64,000 nt of DNA, from the NCBI GenBank assembly GCA_007375595.1, contig VMEP01000001.1, positions 340,694 to 404,693 of the forward strand, given 5' to 3'. A program made the position numbers and the translations under genes. A model generated the notes under the pieces. It was not told where the DNA came from and made no database searches. It worked only from the letters and a program-made list of their open reading frames with translations. Of this stretch, positions 39,353-49,544 are shown in pieces (the stretch's first letter is position 1; each line of letters opens with the position of its first letter). This stretch comes from Parcubacteria group bacterium LiPW_30. Lineage in GTDB: Bacteria; Patescibacteriota; Minisyncoccia; Phycocordibacterales; VMEP01.

Positions 39353-39531
39353 TGCGGAGATGGGAGGAATTTCTCCCTCGGCTAAATTTTTGTCGCCACA
39401 AAAATTTGCCTAGGCACCAGCTCGTCATTTTGTCTGCTGACAAAATAAGACTCCGCTGTTCGAATCCTCACGCAAGTGAAGCAGTTCACTTGCTCCACTC
39501 CACAAATAAAAAACTGCTGGTTTTTTATTTG
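39353..39531 (-). mobile_element. tRNA-3'-linked element (Ser)
   Basis: Anti-T-arm GAGGATTCGAA (plus 39459-39469); 16-bp repeat 39353-39368 = 39530-39545. Confidence 0.7.
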
Positions 39532-39618
39532 CGGAGATGGGAGGATTCGAACCTCCGATGAGGTTACCCCCATGCCTGATTTCGAGTCAGGTGCCTTCAA
39601 CCGCTCAGCCACATCTCC
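39532..39618 (-). tRNA. tRNA-Ser(CGA)
   Basis: GGAGATG/CATCTCC; CCTGA-CTCGAAA-TCAGG; long variable arm. Confidence 0.92.
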
Positions 39619-39747
39619 AATATTTGAGTGGCTTGAATGATAACGTTTTTTTGCATTTTTAGCAAAAAATGTTATGATTTCACGGTGTTTTTGGCTAAAA
39701 CAATTTCTTATGAAATTGTTCGCCCGACCAAGCAAAGCTTGGATTAG

Positions 39748-39819
39748 GGCCCTATCGTCTAACGGTTAGGACACAAGCTTTTCAAGCTTGGAACCAGGGT
39801 TCGATTCCCTGTAGGGTCA
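39748..39819 (+). tRNA. tRNA-Glu(TTC)
   Basis: GGCCCTA/TAGGGTC; CAAGC-TTTTCAA-GCTTG; CAGGG-TTCGATT-CCCTG. Confidence 0.92.
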
Positions 39820-39968
39820 CAAAAATTTGCGGAAGCATAATTTTTTATGATTTTTAAAAGTGACAAATTCACTTTGTAAAAAATCGAAAACCGGAGCGCG
39901 ACGGCGCGAGGTGGGGTCGAGCAAATTTCTAGCAAGAAATTATGCGTGACCGATTCCCTGTAGGGTCA
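39820..39968 (+). mobile_element. tRNA-3'-linked element (Glu)
   Basis: Core 43/44 identical to Gly element; 18-bp repeat 39802-39819 = 39951-39968. Confidence 0.75.
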
Positions 39969-40029
39969 TTCGGTTTTCAGTAAAGGTTAGTTGTTTCGAT
40001 TTATCCCCCATCTCCGCTAAGATTAAAAC

Positions 40030-40182
40030 ATGAAAAATTTTTCATTTTCTAACGTAACAGTATTCATAATCTTTTTCGGAATAGCTTTAATTGAGGCGAT
40101 TCAGAAAGATAATTGGCTAGAAGCGTTTCTTTTTCTTGCATTAGGGGCAATGTCTCTCTGGGCTGATTTTCAGAAAAAATAA
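40030..40182 (+). CDS. small two-TM protein (50 aa)
   Basis: Manual ORF MKNFSFSNVTVFIIFFGIALIEA... Confidence 0.55.
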   Translation: MKNFSFSNVTVFIIFFGIALIEAIQKDNWLEAFLFLALGAMSLWADFQKK

Positions 40183-40188
40183 TTATTT

Positions 40189-40599
40189 ATGAAAATATTC
40201 ATTGTTTGTAGTAAACATTTTTATCATCTGGTTCCACCAATCAAAGAGGCTCTTGAAAAAGATGGGCATGTAATAACCGTTCCTAATAGTTATGACGAGC
40301 CTTTTAAAGAAGAAGAGATGAAGAAAATAGGGAAGGAAGAACACAGAGAGTGGAAAGCGGGGATGATCCATCTTCAATCGGAAAAGGTAAAAAATAATGA
40401 CGCTGTTCTTGTTCTTAATTTTGAAAAAAATGGACAGAGAAATTATATCGGCGGAGCAACCTTTTTAGAGATATTTAGAGCATTTGATTCGGGTAAGAAA
40501 ATTTTTCTCTACAACCAAATTCCACAGAACATTTTTGAAGACGAGTTAACGGGAATGGGTCCCGTTATGATTGGAGGAGATTTATCACTGATACAATGA
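40189..40599 (+). CDS. nucleoside 2-deoxyribosyltransferase-like protein
   Basis: DAVLVLN..NYIGGATFLE..A....KKIFLYN. Confidence 0.55.
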   Translation: MKIFIVCSKHFYHLVPPIKEALEKDGHVITVPNSYDEPFKEEEMKKIGKEEHREWKAGMIHLQSEKVKNNDAVLVLNFEKNGQRNYIGGATFLEIFRAFDSGKKIFLYNQIPQNIFEDELTGMGPVMIGGDLSLIQ

Positions 40600-40847
40600 A
40601 ACCTTTTACTAAAAAAGTTTTTGGGGTGGTTTCTAAAATTCCAAAAGGTAAAACTTTAACTTATAAGGAAGTAGCAAAGAGGGCAGGGAATGAAAAGGCT
40701 TGTCGGGCGGTTGGAAATATTTTAAACAAAAACTATAACCCAAAAATACCATGTCATCGCGTAGTGCGAAGCGATGGAAAGATTGGTGGATATAATCGTG
40801 GAGTAAAAATAAAACTTGAAATGTTGAAAAAAGAAAAAGCCCGCTAA
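40596..40847 (+). CDS. MGMT/alkyltransferase DNA-binding domain protein
   Basis: IPKGKTLTY, RAVG, IPCHRVV. Confidence 0.9.
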   Translation: MKPFTKKVFGVVSKIPKGKTLTYKEVAKRAGNEKACRAVGNILNKNYNPKIPCHRVVRSDGKIGGYNRGVKIKLEMLKKEKAR

Positions 40848-40881
40848 CAGCGGGCTTTTTCTTTTAAAATTACTTTTTAAA

Positions 40882-42696
40882 CTAAAATGCAACAATCTGG
40901 TGTTTGACCAAATTTTTGTACGGTTCACACCTCTTCATTAGAGCAGAGTGTTTGCCAGTGTCGACAACAGTGCCTCCATCCATCACGATAATTTTGTCAG
41001 CGTCTTTAATGGTGGAGAAACGATGGGCAATTATAATACCGGTGCGTCCAGTAAGAGCCTCTTTCATTGCTTCGTGGATTAAGGACTCGTTTTCGGCGTC
41101 TAGGTTAGAAGTTGCTTCATCGAAAATTAATATTTCCGGATGTTTTAAGAGAGCCCGCGCAATGCCGACTCTTTGGCGTTCACCACCAGAAAGCTTAATA
41201 CCGTTTTCGCCGATTAATGTATCAAACCGTTTTTCACCCAAGCGTTCATAGAATTGGTCGATACGGGTTTTTCTCGAAATTTCATCTAGTTCTTCCTCTG
41301 TTATATCTTGTGGGTTCTTAACACCAAATGTCATGTTATATCGCAGAGTATTGTCGAAAATTTCAACGACCTGTGGGACGAAACCTGCTTTGTGTATATA
41401 ACTATCCATATCAAGGTCACGGAGGTTGATATCGTCAACAAAAATACCACCTTCATCGGGGTCATATCCCCGGAAAAGAAGATTAACAATTGTAGTCTTT
41501 CCGGCACCAGAAGAACCGACGATTGCGACTGTTTCACCTTTATTTATTGTGAAGGTGATATCTTTTAGAACCTCTTTGCTTACGTCGTTATTTTCTTCGT
41601 CGCCTAGATCAGATTCTTCAGCTTTTCCGCTATCTGTAGTTAAGATAGGGTAGGTGAATGAAACATTTCTGAATTCAATTTTACCGCCTATTTTGGGGAG
41701 GACTATTGGGTTTAAGGGCTCTTTTACAGACGGTTCACGCGAAAGCATTTCGCGGAGTTTGTTGATATCGGTAAGTTGTAGAATCATGTTTCTTTGTATC
41801 CAACCCAAGCTACCAACATTACCAAAAACACTTCCCATCCACCCAACAAGCATTACAATTTTTCCAGGAGATTCAACTCCAGTTGAAACGAGCCACACTC
41901 CGGCAATTAAAGCGGAAACTTGACCAATAGAGACTAGCGTATCTCTTTTGTAATAAGCGCCGATGTATTCCGTCCACATTGATTTTGTTGGTGTTGTAAC
42001 GTTGTCCCAATGTTCACGGTATTCTCGGATCATTTCTTTTTCTTTTCCGGACATTTTTATAAGCTTAATGTTGCGGAGAATCTCGCTGAAATGTTTTGAT
42101 TGGTCATTCCATCGCTTGCGGTCTTCTGCGAATCTTGGATAGAAAACGACATTAAATCGGAATTGTATGAAGAGATAAATAACGGTGAATATTAAAACAA
42201 TAACTCCAAGTGTCCAGTTAACGAAGATAATTGCAATAGAAGCGAAAATTATTTGTGTTAAAAATGGAAGTAGGGAGTAGATAAAGATGTTTAAGAAATT
42301 TCCCAGAGCTGAAACTCCTCGGTTTATTACCGTGGACCTTAGTCCAGAGTTTTCATTAATGTGTTGTCCTAGCGAAAATCCAAAAAGTTTTTCGAGAATT
42401 TTCTCAGTGGCAACAGCTTGGAGGTCAAAGTTGAGATGCTTTACCTCATATTTTTCACGAGTGTAATTGATTACGTTTGAAGTAAGGTAAACTACAAGAA
42501 TAATAAGTCCTAAATAAAACGAATCAATAAATGGAGTTTTTGACGCAAGGTTGTCGAATATCCTACCTTGGAAGTAGGGAAGAGAGAGGAACATCAGTTG
42601 TCCAACTGTGAGCATTGCGAAAATTACCGTCGCCTTACTAATGAAGGGTTTGTAGTTTTCGTAGGCTATTTTTAAAAACTCCTTGGTCTTTTTCAT
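40882..42696 (-). CDS. ABC exporter, fused TM and ATPase
   Basis: GSSGAGKTT, LSGGERQR, IFDEATSNLD, IAHRFST. Confidence 0.92.
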   Translation of the reverse strand: MKKTKEFLKIAYENYKPFISKATVIFAMLTVGQLMFLSLPYFQGRIFDNLASKTPFIDSFYLGLIILVVYLTSNVINYTREKYEVKHLNFDLQAVATEKILEKLFGFSLGQHINENSGLRSTVINRGVSALGNFLNIFIYSLLPFLTQIIFASIAIIFVNWTLGVIVLIFTVIYLFIQFRFNVVFYPRFAEDRKRWNDQSKHFSEILRNIKLIKMSGKEKEMIREYREHWDNVTTPTKSMWTEYIGAYYKRDTLVSIGQVSALIAGVWLVSTGVESPGKIVMLVGWMGSVFGNVGSLGWIQRNMILQLTDINKLREMLSREPSVKEPLNPIVLPKIGGKIEFRNVSFTYPILTTDSGKAEESDLGDEENNDVSKEVLKDITFTINKGETVAIVGSSGAGKTTIVNLLFRGYDPDEGGIFVDDINLRDLDMDSYIHKAGFVPQVVEIFDNTLRYNMTFGVKNPQDITEEELDEISRKTRIDQFYERLGEKRFDTLIGENGIKLSGGERQRVGIARALLKHPEILIFDEATSNLDAENESLIHEAMKEALTGRTGIIIAHRFSTIKDADKIIVMDGGTVVDTGKHSALMKRCEPYKNLVKHQIVAF

Positions 42697-42793
42697 ATAT
42701 TTTCTCTGCGTATCTGGAAACAAAAAAATCCCCAAATACGGCGGTATTTACATAATAGCATATTTATTGGCTTATTAAAAACCAATAATGACC

Positions 42794-43735
42794 TTAGTTT
42801 TTTCCGTGGAGGTAGATATAAATATCTTCTAATGCTTTAACAGCATCACCTGCGGCGATATTGTTTTGGTGATACAAACCGTCGGTAACATCTCCAGCTG
42901 CCCAGATACCTAAAGTTTTTGTGCGTTGGTTTTTAGGGTCAACAACAATATTTTTACGTTCGTTTAGTTCAACAAGTCCATCTACTAATTCGGTATTTGG
43001 CACTTGTCCGATTTCGACAAAGATTCCGTCAGTTTTCATTGTGTGTTCTTCTCCGGTTTTTATATCACGATAGGTTAGTGATTCTGCAAAATCGTTTCCA
43101 TCAACACGGATAGTTTCAGCGTTTGAAATTACTTTTGTTTTTTCATTTTTTAAAACGGCCTCTACTGTCCCAGGATCAGCTTTATTGAAATCGTTTCCAC
43201 GGTTTAACAAGGTGACACTTTTACAATATGCGAGAAGTTGAGCCGCTGACTCAAATCCAGCATTTCCGGCGCCAATAACAATTACATCTTTGTCGGCATA
43301 AAGAGGTCCGTCACAAGAAGCACAGTAGGTAATACCTTTGTGTTCAAACTTGTCGGCATTTATAGCTTCTAGTTTTCTTCTTGCGCTACCTGTTGTAATA
43401 AGAACAGCGCGCCCTGAAAAATTTTTACCACTTGATGTTTTTATGGAAAAATTTTCTCCATCTTTTTCTATTTTAACGATATCTTCACCATCTTTTAGTT
43501 CAAGGACATCATCGGCATAAGCTTTTAAATGTTTTTTAAAACTTTCCGCAAGTTCAATTCCAGAGATTGAAGGTGTCCCTATCCAGTTGTGAATATCAGG
43601 AGAAACAACCGATTGACCGCCGAAGTCATTTGTCAGGAGGAGTGTTTTTAAACGCTTGCGCGCTGCATAAATACCAGCAGCACTTCCTGCTGGACCACCG
43701 CCTATTATAACGAGGTCATAAGAAGAAGGTGTCAT
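42794..43735 (-). CDS. trxB: thioredoxin reductase/AhpF-like disulfide oxidoreductase
   Basis: GGGPAG, CASCDG, GAGNAG, AAGDVT. Confidence 0.85.
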   Translation of the reverse strand: MTPSSYDLVIIGGGPAGSAAGIYAARKRLKTLLLTNDFGGQSVVSPDIHNWIGTPSISGIELAESFKKHLKAYADDVLELKDGEDIVKIEKDGENFSIKTSSGKNFSGRAVLITTGSARRKLEAINADKFEHKGITYCASCDGPLYADKDVIVIGAGNAGFESAAQLLAYCKSVTLLNRGNDFNKADPGTVEAVLKNEKTKVISNAETIRVDGNDFAESLTYRDIKTGEEHTMKTDGIFVEIGQVPNTELVDGLVELNERKNIVVDPKNQRTKTLGIWAAGDVTDGLYHQNNIAAGDAVKALEDIYIYLHGKN

Positions 43736-43738
43736 TAA

Positions 43739-44917
43739 TTATTTTTGTTTTGAACGTCGCAAGAAAGCTGGAACAGCACCCCAATCATCATCGTCGTCTT
43801 TTTCTTCTTTTTTCACTTCCTTCTGGTCTTTGGTGTCTTTTGGTTGTTCTGTTTTTACAGGTTCGTTTGTGATATTTGCAACAGGAGAACTAACTGTTGG
43901 TGCTCCTTCTTTTTTCTCGTCTTTTGGAGAGAACTGAAAGAGAGATGGTTTTCTTGGTAGGGCTGTTGGGAAGCCTGTTGCAATAACAGTGATTCTTACC
44001 TCGTCTTTCTTTAGTCTTTCGTCGCGAATTGCACCGAAGATAACCTTAGCGTCTTTGTCGATTGATTCAGTAATGACTTTTGCTGCTTCCTGAACTTCAT
44101 GCATTGTTAGGTCATCTCCTCCAGCGATAGCAAACAAAACACCCTTCGCTCCCTCAATAGAGATTTCAAGAAGAGGGGAGTTAATCGCGGCAACAGCTGC
44201 TTTTTCGGCGCGCTTTTCACCTGTTGCTCGTCCGATACCCATAAGTGCTGAACCAGCGTCTGCCATAACTGCACGAATATCAGCGAAGTCGACGTTGATG
44301 ATTCCAGGAATAGTGATGAGCTCAGAAATCCCTTCAACGGCTTGACGTAATATCTCATCACACATAGCGAAAGAGTCCTTAAGGCTTGTGTCTTTTCCAA
44401 CAGCGGCGAGTAAGCGATCATTTGGAACAACAATAAGGGCATCAACTTCTTTTTCAAGTTCTTCAAGACCTTTTTCCGCTAAACGCATTCTTTGGTTTCC
44501 TTCAAAAAAGAATGGCTTGGTCACAACGCCAACAGTAAGTATTCCTTGTTCTTTAGCAATTTTAGCAACAATAGGGGAAGCACCGGTTCCTGTTCCACCA
44601 CCCATACCACAAGCAATGAAAACCATATCAGCGCCTTTTATGGAATCAACAATTTCATCTTTTGTCTCTTCGGCCGCGCGTTTACCAACTTCTGGGTTCA
44701 TTCCAGATCCGAGTCCTTTGGTTAGATTTTTACCGATATGAATTTTTTTAGGAGCGAGAGAGTAATGAAGGTCTTGAGTATCCGTGTTCATCGCCACGAA
44801 ATCAACTCCTTTAACTTTTGAGTTAATCATGTGATTTAGGGCATTGTTACCCGAACCACCGACACCTAAAACTTTAATTCTGGCGAATGCTTCTATTACT
44901 GGATTTATTTTTGGCAT
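43739..44917 (-). CDS. ftsZ: cell division protein FtsZ
   Basis: GGGTGTG, INVDFAD, VPAFLRR. Confidence 0.98.
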   Translation of the reverse strand: MPKINPVIEAFARIKVLGVGGSGNNALNHMINSKVKGVDFVAMNTDTQDLHYSLAPKKIHIGKNLTKGLGSGMNPEVGKRAAEETKDEIVDSIKGADMVFIACGMGGGTGTGASPIVAKIAKEQGILTVGVVTKPFFFEGNQRMRLAEKGLEELEKEVDALIVVPNDRLLAAVGKDTSLKDSFAMCDEILRQAVEGISELITIPGIINVDFADIRAVMADAGSALMGIGRATGEKRAEKAAVAAINSPLLEISIEGAKGVLFAIAGGDDLTMHEVQEAAKVITESIDKDAKVIFGAIRDERLKKDEVRITVIATGFPTALPRKPSLFQFSPKDEKKEGAPTVSSPVANITNEPVKTEQPKDTKDQKEVKKEEKDDDDDWGAVPAFLRRSKQK

Positions 44918-45073
44918 ATTTTTTCTTTAAGGTCTTTCTGGGACCCTCCCTAATTGCTTATTAAAAGTTTTATCATCATAACAGATAAATCTTAAAAAAA
45001 GAAAGGCTGTTTTTTGGCCATTATTCTTAAAAACACGCATAAAAATGTGAAAACAGCAGTGTTCCTTGGCGGT

Positions 45074-46234
45074 TTATGGCAAAAGGCTTTTTATGAAATC
45101 TTTTGCGCTAGAAGAAATATCACCCCACATACTAACCTCTTTTTCGTGGTCATCCTTTCCAAGTACACATAGTCCATAGGAAACAAACCAAGTAGAATCG
45201 AGCATTCTTGGTTTACCAGAGCTCATGTCTACAACTTCCTTTCCAATAACCTTAACAGGAAGAGCAAGGGATGCTCTCGCTAAATCTTCAACCGTTGCGA
45301 TACCAGAGCCACCTCCTGTGATAAAGATACCAGCGGGCAAAAGCCCACTTCGTCCGATTTTTTTGAGATGATTATCAATTAGTTCAAAGATGTCGGTTAG
45401 ACGAGCTTCGATAATTTCTTCAAGACGCTTACGTGGATATTGTTCTCGTTTATCACCACGTTTGATAACTTCAGCTTCTTCAAGTGATACGCGTAAACCT
45501 AAAGCAATGTCGCTTGTTATATCAGTTGAGCCAATTTGGAAAACATGGAGCGAGATTGGAACATCGTTTTCAAAAACTATTAAAGAAACTGTTTCTGCTC
45601 CAATGTTTACGATTGCGCAACCAACTGTTTTTTGTCTTTTGTTGACGGCAACATAACTTGCGGCAAGTGGGGAAGCGACCACTTCAATAACTTGGATGCC
45701 AGCATCCTCAACAGCCGAAACCATGTCTTCCATGTGTTGTTTTAAACAAGTAATGAAAAGTGTTTTTACTTCAAGCTTCAATCCTTTCATCCCCACCGCT
45801 CGGCCGTGTACGTCTTTCCCATCAATTTTAAAACCAACTGGAATTGTTTGTATTATTTTTTTGTTATTTAATGCCCCTAAGTTTTTTCTACTTTCATCAA
45901 GTGCCTTAGTGATATCACCCTCGGAAACCTCACTGTCTCCTCGCGATATTACGGCGCTACCAGAAGATAATGTTGAATCAAGACTAATCCCACCCAAAGA
46001 CAAAAACGCCCTCTTAATAGTGATATGAGAATTTTTTTCTGCTTCTTTTATTGCTTTTTCAATAGATTTTGTCGCTTCTTCTGGTTGGATAATATAACCA
46101 TGTCTTAATCCGCGAGACTCAGCGACCCCCGTTCCGATTATTCTTGGTATTTCTACGTTAGGAAAACACTCCGCGACTACAACGCGGACAAGAGAAGTTC
46201 CAACATCAATGCCAACAACTATTTTTCTCGCCAT
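45074..46234 (-). CDS. ftsA: cell division protein FtsA
   Basis: GIDVGT, S.GLRHG, ITGGGS; upstream of ftsZ. Confidence 0.93.
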   Translation of the reverse strand: MARKIVVGIDVGTSLVRVVVAECFPNVEIPRIIGTGVAESRGLRHGYIIQPEEATKSIEKAIKEAEKNSHITIKRAFLSLGGISLDSTLSSGSAVISRGDSEVSEGDITKALDESRKNLGALNNKKIIQTIPVGFKIDGKDVHGRAVGMKGLKLEVKTLFITCLKQHMEDMVSAVEDAGIQVIEVVASPLAASYVAVNKRQKTVGCAIVNIGAETVSLIVFENDVPISLHVFQIGSTDITSDIALGLRVSLEEAEVIKRGDKREQYPRKRLEEIIEARLTDIFELIDNHLKKIGRSGLLPAGIFITGGGSGIATVEDLARASLALPVKVIGKEVVDMSSGKPRMLDSTWFVSYGLCVLGKDDHEKEVSMWGDISSSAKDFIKSLLP

Positions 46235-46291
46235 GAGCTTAAAAATTAAGCAGTGAGAGATTAAATAATATGAGCTTTCCTTAGTTGTTAA

Positions 46292-46690
46292 TTAAAGCAA
46301 ACCGAATTTTTTCATCACCGCCCTTTCTTTAGCTTCCATTGTACTACTATGATCCATTCCTTTCAAATGAAGCATGGCGTGGATAACTAGATGGCCGACA
46401 AAATTTAGATAACTTTTTTTAAAAAGGGGAGCATCTTTACGAGCAGTTTTTAGAGAGATGATTATTTCTCCATCATTTTTATCATAAGCAAACGAGAGAA
46501 CATTCGTTGGTTTATTTTTATTGCGATGTTTTTTATTTAATTCTTGCGATTTGGTTGGGCTAACAAAAACAATAGAAAGATTGTAATTTTTTCCTAGAAC
46601 TAAATTTTTTAATGCCACAAAAGGCAAGCTTGGGAGCTTGCCTTTTGTTTGCCTTATTATTGAAATATTATTTTCCTCTATGATTTTCAC
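46292..46690 (-). CDS. ybeY: rRNA maturation endoribonuclease YbeY
   Basis: PTNVLSF, HAMLHLKGMDH. Confidence 0.9.
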   Translation of the reverse strand: MKIIEENNISIIRQTKGKLPSLPFVALKNLVLGKNYNLSIVFVSPTKSQELNKKHRNKNKPTNVLSFAYDKNDGEIIISLKTARKDAPLFKKSYLNFVGHLVIHAMLHLKGMDHSSTMEAKERAVMKKFGLL

Positions 46691-46935
46691 CTGTATGATC
46701 GCTTCTTTTTTTCAGGTAATTTACCAAGTTTTTTTAGTCTTTCGTATTCAGCTCGGCGTCCAATTACCACTAAAGCGCTTCTTTTCTTTCCCAGTTTTGT
46801 TTTTTCACGTTGGCGGTATCTTAGGCTTCTAACTCTTCGTAAAACGCCAGATTCCTGGACACGCTTAGTAAAGCGACGCAAAAGATTTGTGCCGTTTTCG
46901 TTATTATTCTTAGTGACTTCAACGTTTACTCCCAT
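46687..46935 (-). CDS. rpsU: 30S ribosomal protein bS21
   Basis: VEV...E....LLRRF.KRVQESGVL...R..RY. Confidence 0.7.
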   Translation of the reverse strand: MGVNVEVTKNNNENGTNLLRRFTKRVQESGVLRRVRSLRYRQREKTKLGKKRSALVVIGRRAEYERLKKLGKLPEKKKRSYR

Positions 46936-46981
46936 GAAGGCAAATCCTATCACATAGGATGAAAGTGAGCAAGGCTTTAAA

Positions 46982-48343
46982 TTAACGGTCTTTTATCTTT
47001 TTTATGTAGTCTGCAAGCTCGTCTATTTTTACTGTGTCTTGTGAGCGTGTGGCCATGTCGCGGACAATAACCGTGCCTTCGAGTGCTTCTTTTTGGCCGA
47101 AAATGACAGTATAAGGGACCTCGAGTCGTTCGGCTGTTGCAAGTTGGGCAGAAAGGTTGTCTTTGGCTAGGGTTTGAGCCATAGGGATTCTTGCTTTGCG
47201 AAGTATTTCTACGATGGCGAGGCTTTTTAGTTTTGCTTCAAAACCAAGCTGAATGAAACAGACTTTCGGTTTTTTAATGATACGAGGGGAGAGTGGTTTG
47301 TGGTGTTTGGACATAATAATTCTATCTACCCCAATACTTCCGCCGATAGAGGGAACATCTTTTTTAGAACCAAGAAGTTTTCCAAGATAGTCATATCTTC
47401 CGCCACCAGCAAGTGAAAGGGGCTGTCGTTCAATATTTTCTGTTTTTTCTTCAGTTACTATTTCTCCATTTTCTCCGACAATAGGAACTTCTTCCTCTGG
47501 TATTTCCAAAAATTCAAAAACAGTTTTTGTGTAATAGCTCAAGCCACGAACAAGATTGTGGTTAATTCGATAAGGAATACCCATCTCCTCTAAATACTCA
47601 AGCACTTCTTTGAAGTGTGATTTACAGGAGCTACAAAGGAAGCTCATTGAGTTTGGTGCAGATTCTTTTACGACTGCGCATTTTTCGTTTTTACAATCAA
47701 GTAAACGAAGAGGATTGGTTTTTAGTCGGTCGCGACAATTTCCACAAATATTATCTAAATGCTTTTTGTAATAATTCGTGAGTTCGCGAACGTATGCTGG
47801 GCGACAATCTTTATCTCCAATACTATTTATATCAAGAGAAATTTTTTCAATACCAGCTTCGCTTAGAATAGTGGAAAGCGTTTTGATAACAATCGCATCA
47901 GCAATACTTTTTTGAGTTCCTAATATTTCTAAACTGAATTGGCGTAATTCACGCAAACGTCCTTTTTGTGGGTTGTCGTGTCTAAAATATGGACCGTAAG
48001 AATAGAGCATTACCGGTTGTGGTAGTGCTTGCATTCCGTTTTCAATATAGGCGCGCATGATTCCGGCAGTTCCTTCTGGACGCATCGCCAAATGGTCGCC
48101 ACCTTTTGTTTTTAAGGTGTACATCTCCTTATCAATAATATCGGTGCCTTCGCCGATACCCGAAGTAAAGACCTCTTCTTTTTCAAGAATAGGAGTTTCT
48201 ATTGGCTTGAATCCATAATAGATAGCAATCTCTTGCGCTTTTTCAAAAAAACCTTGGTACTGATAATACTCATTGTCTACAATATCGCGCATCCCCTTTG
48301 GCGCATTTAAGGATTCTTTGTTTTGTTTTTTTTCTTGGTTCAT
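46982..48343 (-). CDS. hisS: histidine--tRNA ligase
   Basis: PKGMRD, RPEGTAG, LVRGLSYY, GGGRYD. Confidence 0.96.
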   Translation of the reverse strand: MNQEKKQNKESLNAPKGMRDIVDNEYYQYQGFFEKAQEIAIYYGFKPIETPILEKEEVFTSGIGEGTDIIDKEMYTLKTKGGDHLAMRPEGTAGIMRAYIENGMQALPQPVMLYSYGPYFRHDNPQKGRLRELRQFSLEILGTQKSIADAIVIKTLSTILSEAGIEKISLDINSIGDKDCRPAYVRELTNYYKKHLDNICGNCRDRLKTNPLRLLDCKNEKCAVVKESAPNSMSFLCSSCKSHFKEVLEYLEEMGIPYRINHNLVRGLSYYTKTVFEFLEIPEEEVPIVGENGEIVTEEKTENIERQPLSLAGGGRYDYLGKLLGSKKDVPSIGGSIGVDRIIMSKHHKPLSPRIIKKPKVCFIQLGFEAKLKSLAIVEILRKARIPMAQTLAKDNLSAQLATAERLEVPYTVIFGQKEALEGTVIVRDMATRSQDTVKIDELADYIKKIKDR

Positions 48344-48347
48344 ATTT

Positions 48348-48941
48348 TTATTTAATTCCACCTGGGTAATAGGAGATACGAGTTGGTGGAAAAAGCCGGA
48401 GAAGAGCTTCCCCGATTATTGCATCGCGTCTCACTGGACCAACTATTCTTGAGTCGAGCGAGACCGGACGGTTATCTCCCATAACAAAGTACTGGTCATT
48501 TCCTAATGTTGCTTCAAAGTCGCTTGTTTTAATGTTTGTTAAATAAGGTTCAGAAATAATTAACCCGTCAGGGTTTTCTTTATTTATTACAGTAAGAACA
48601 TTATTTTTATAACGCAAAGTTTCCCCTGGTAACCCCATTATTCGTTTAATTAAATTTTCAGAAGTATTGCCTGGCTTTTTAACAATAACAACATCACCTC
48701 TTTCTGGGTTATTAAAGCGATATGAAATTTCATCAACGATTAAGTATTCGCCAGTTTCAAATGTTGGAGACATTGAAACGCCTTTTACGATAAATGGCTG
48801 GGCGATAAAGTATCGGAACGGAAGAACGATAAGTGCGGCAATAATTGCAAAACGGAAAAGTTCTCCCCAGAGTGACTCCGAAGGTTTTTCTTTTTCGCTT
48901 TCGTTGATAGTCGGTGGCGTATTTTTTTCCCACTCAGTCAT
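48348..48941 (-). CDS. lepB: signal peptidase I
   Basis: SMSPT, LIKRIMGLPGE, MGDNR..S.DSR. Confidence 0.95.
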   Translation of the reverse strand: MTEWEKNTPPTINESEKEKPSESLWGELFRFAIIAALIVLPFRYFIAQPFIVKGVSMSPTFETGEYLIVDEISYRFNNPERGDVVIVKKPGNTSENLIKRIMGLPGETLRYKNNVLTVINKENPDGLIISEPYLTNIKTSDFEATLGNDQYFVMGDNRPVSLDSRIVGPVRRDAIIGEALLRLFPPTRISYYPGGIK

Positions 48942-49014
48942 ATTGTTTGCGAATGATACTACGTTTTTGTGTATTGACACAAGATTTTCTTACGTGCTGT
49001 GGTATTTTTTATTA

Positions 49015-49138
49015 ATCCCGTTAGAGATCACCAATGTTGGCTTACTTTAAAATAATAGCGAGGGGAAATATTGTTTAGAATAATTAACTTAAATAAATAT
49101 TCCCTTGTCCATCTGCGATGGACTATCTCTAATGGGAT
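49015..49138. repeat. 124-bp palindromic element with ATCCCGTTAGAG ends
   Basis: ATCCCGTTAGAGAT..ATCTCTAATGGGAT. Confidence 0.6.
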
Positions 49139-49190
49139 AAAAATAATATTAATTCACAAAAATGTGAAAACCCCGACACGATATTTCGTG

Positions 49191-49436
49191 TCAGGGTTTT
49201 GTTTGCATGCGAGATTTTGATTCGCGTGCTCTCTTGCGGTTGCGGACCTGGGCGAAAGGGGTTCGCCTTTTTCGGGGCTTTTCGGAAGTTGTTGTTTCCG
49301 GATAGCTTTGTTGCGGTGGTCCAGGTATATCCGATAATGTAATTTTTGGCGGTTTGTTTCGCTCCGAAACGGGCAAAGTCTTCGCCAAAAATAACGCAAT
49401 CAAGGACGACAACTTACTAAATCGCCAGCTGCGCAT
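49191..49436 (-). CDS. possible small basic protein
   Basis: SD GAGGT upstream, terminator-like hairpin at end; no family recognised. Confidence 0.35.
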   Translation of the reverse strand: MRSWRFSKLSSLIALFLAKTLPVSERNKPPKITLSDIPGPPQQSYPETTTSEKPRKRRTPFAQVRNRKRARESKSRMQTKP

Positions 49437-49544
49437 AAGGATTACCTCGCGTGTAATGAACAGAATGTCATTATGACATACTTTTTACGAAACTGGAATA
49501 CTTTCGTTTTTGAAAGGTTGATTTAATAAGGTATATTTATTGTT

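Noticed and set aside
28013-40000. tRNA-linked repeats as CRISPR array or prophage att sites
   Set aside because: No regular repeat-spacer periodicity or cas genes; no integrase or phage genes, and spans are only 140-200 bp.
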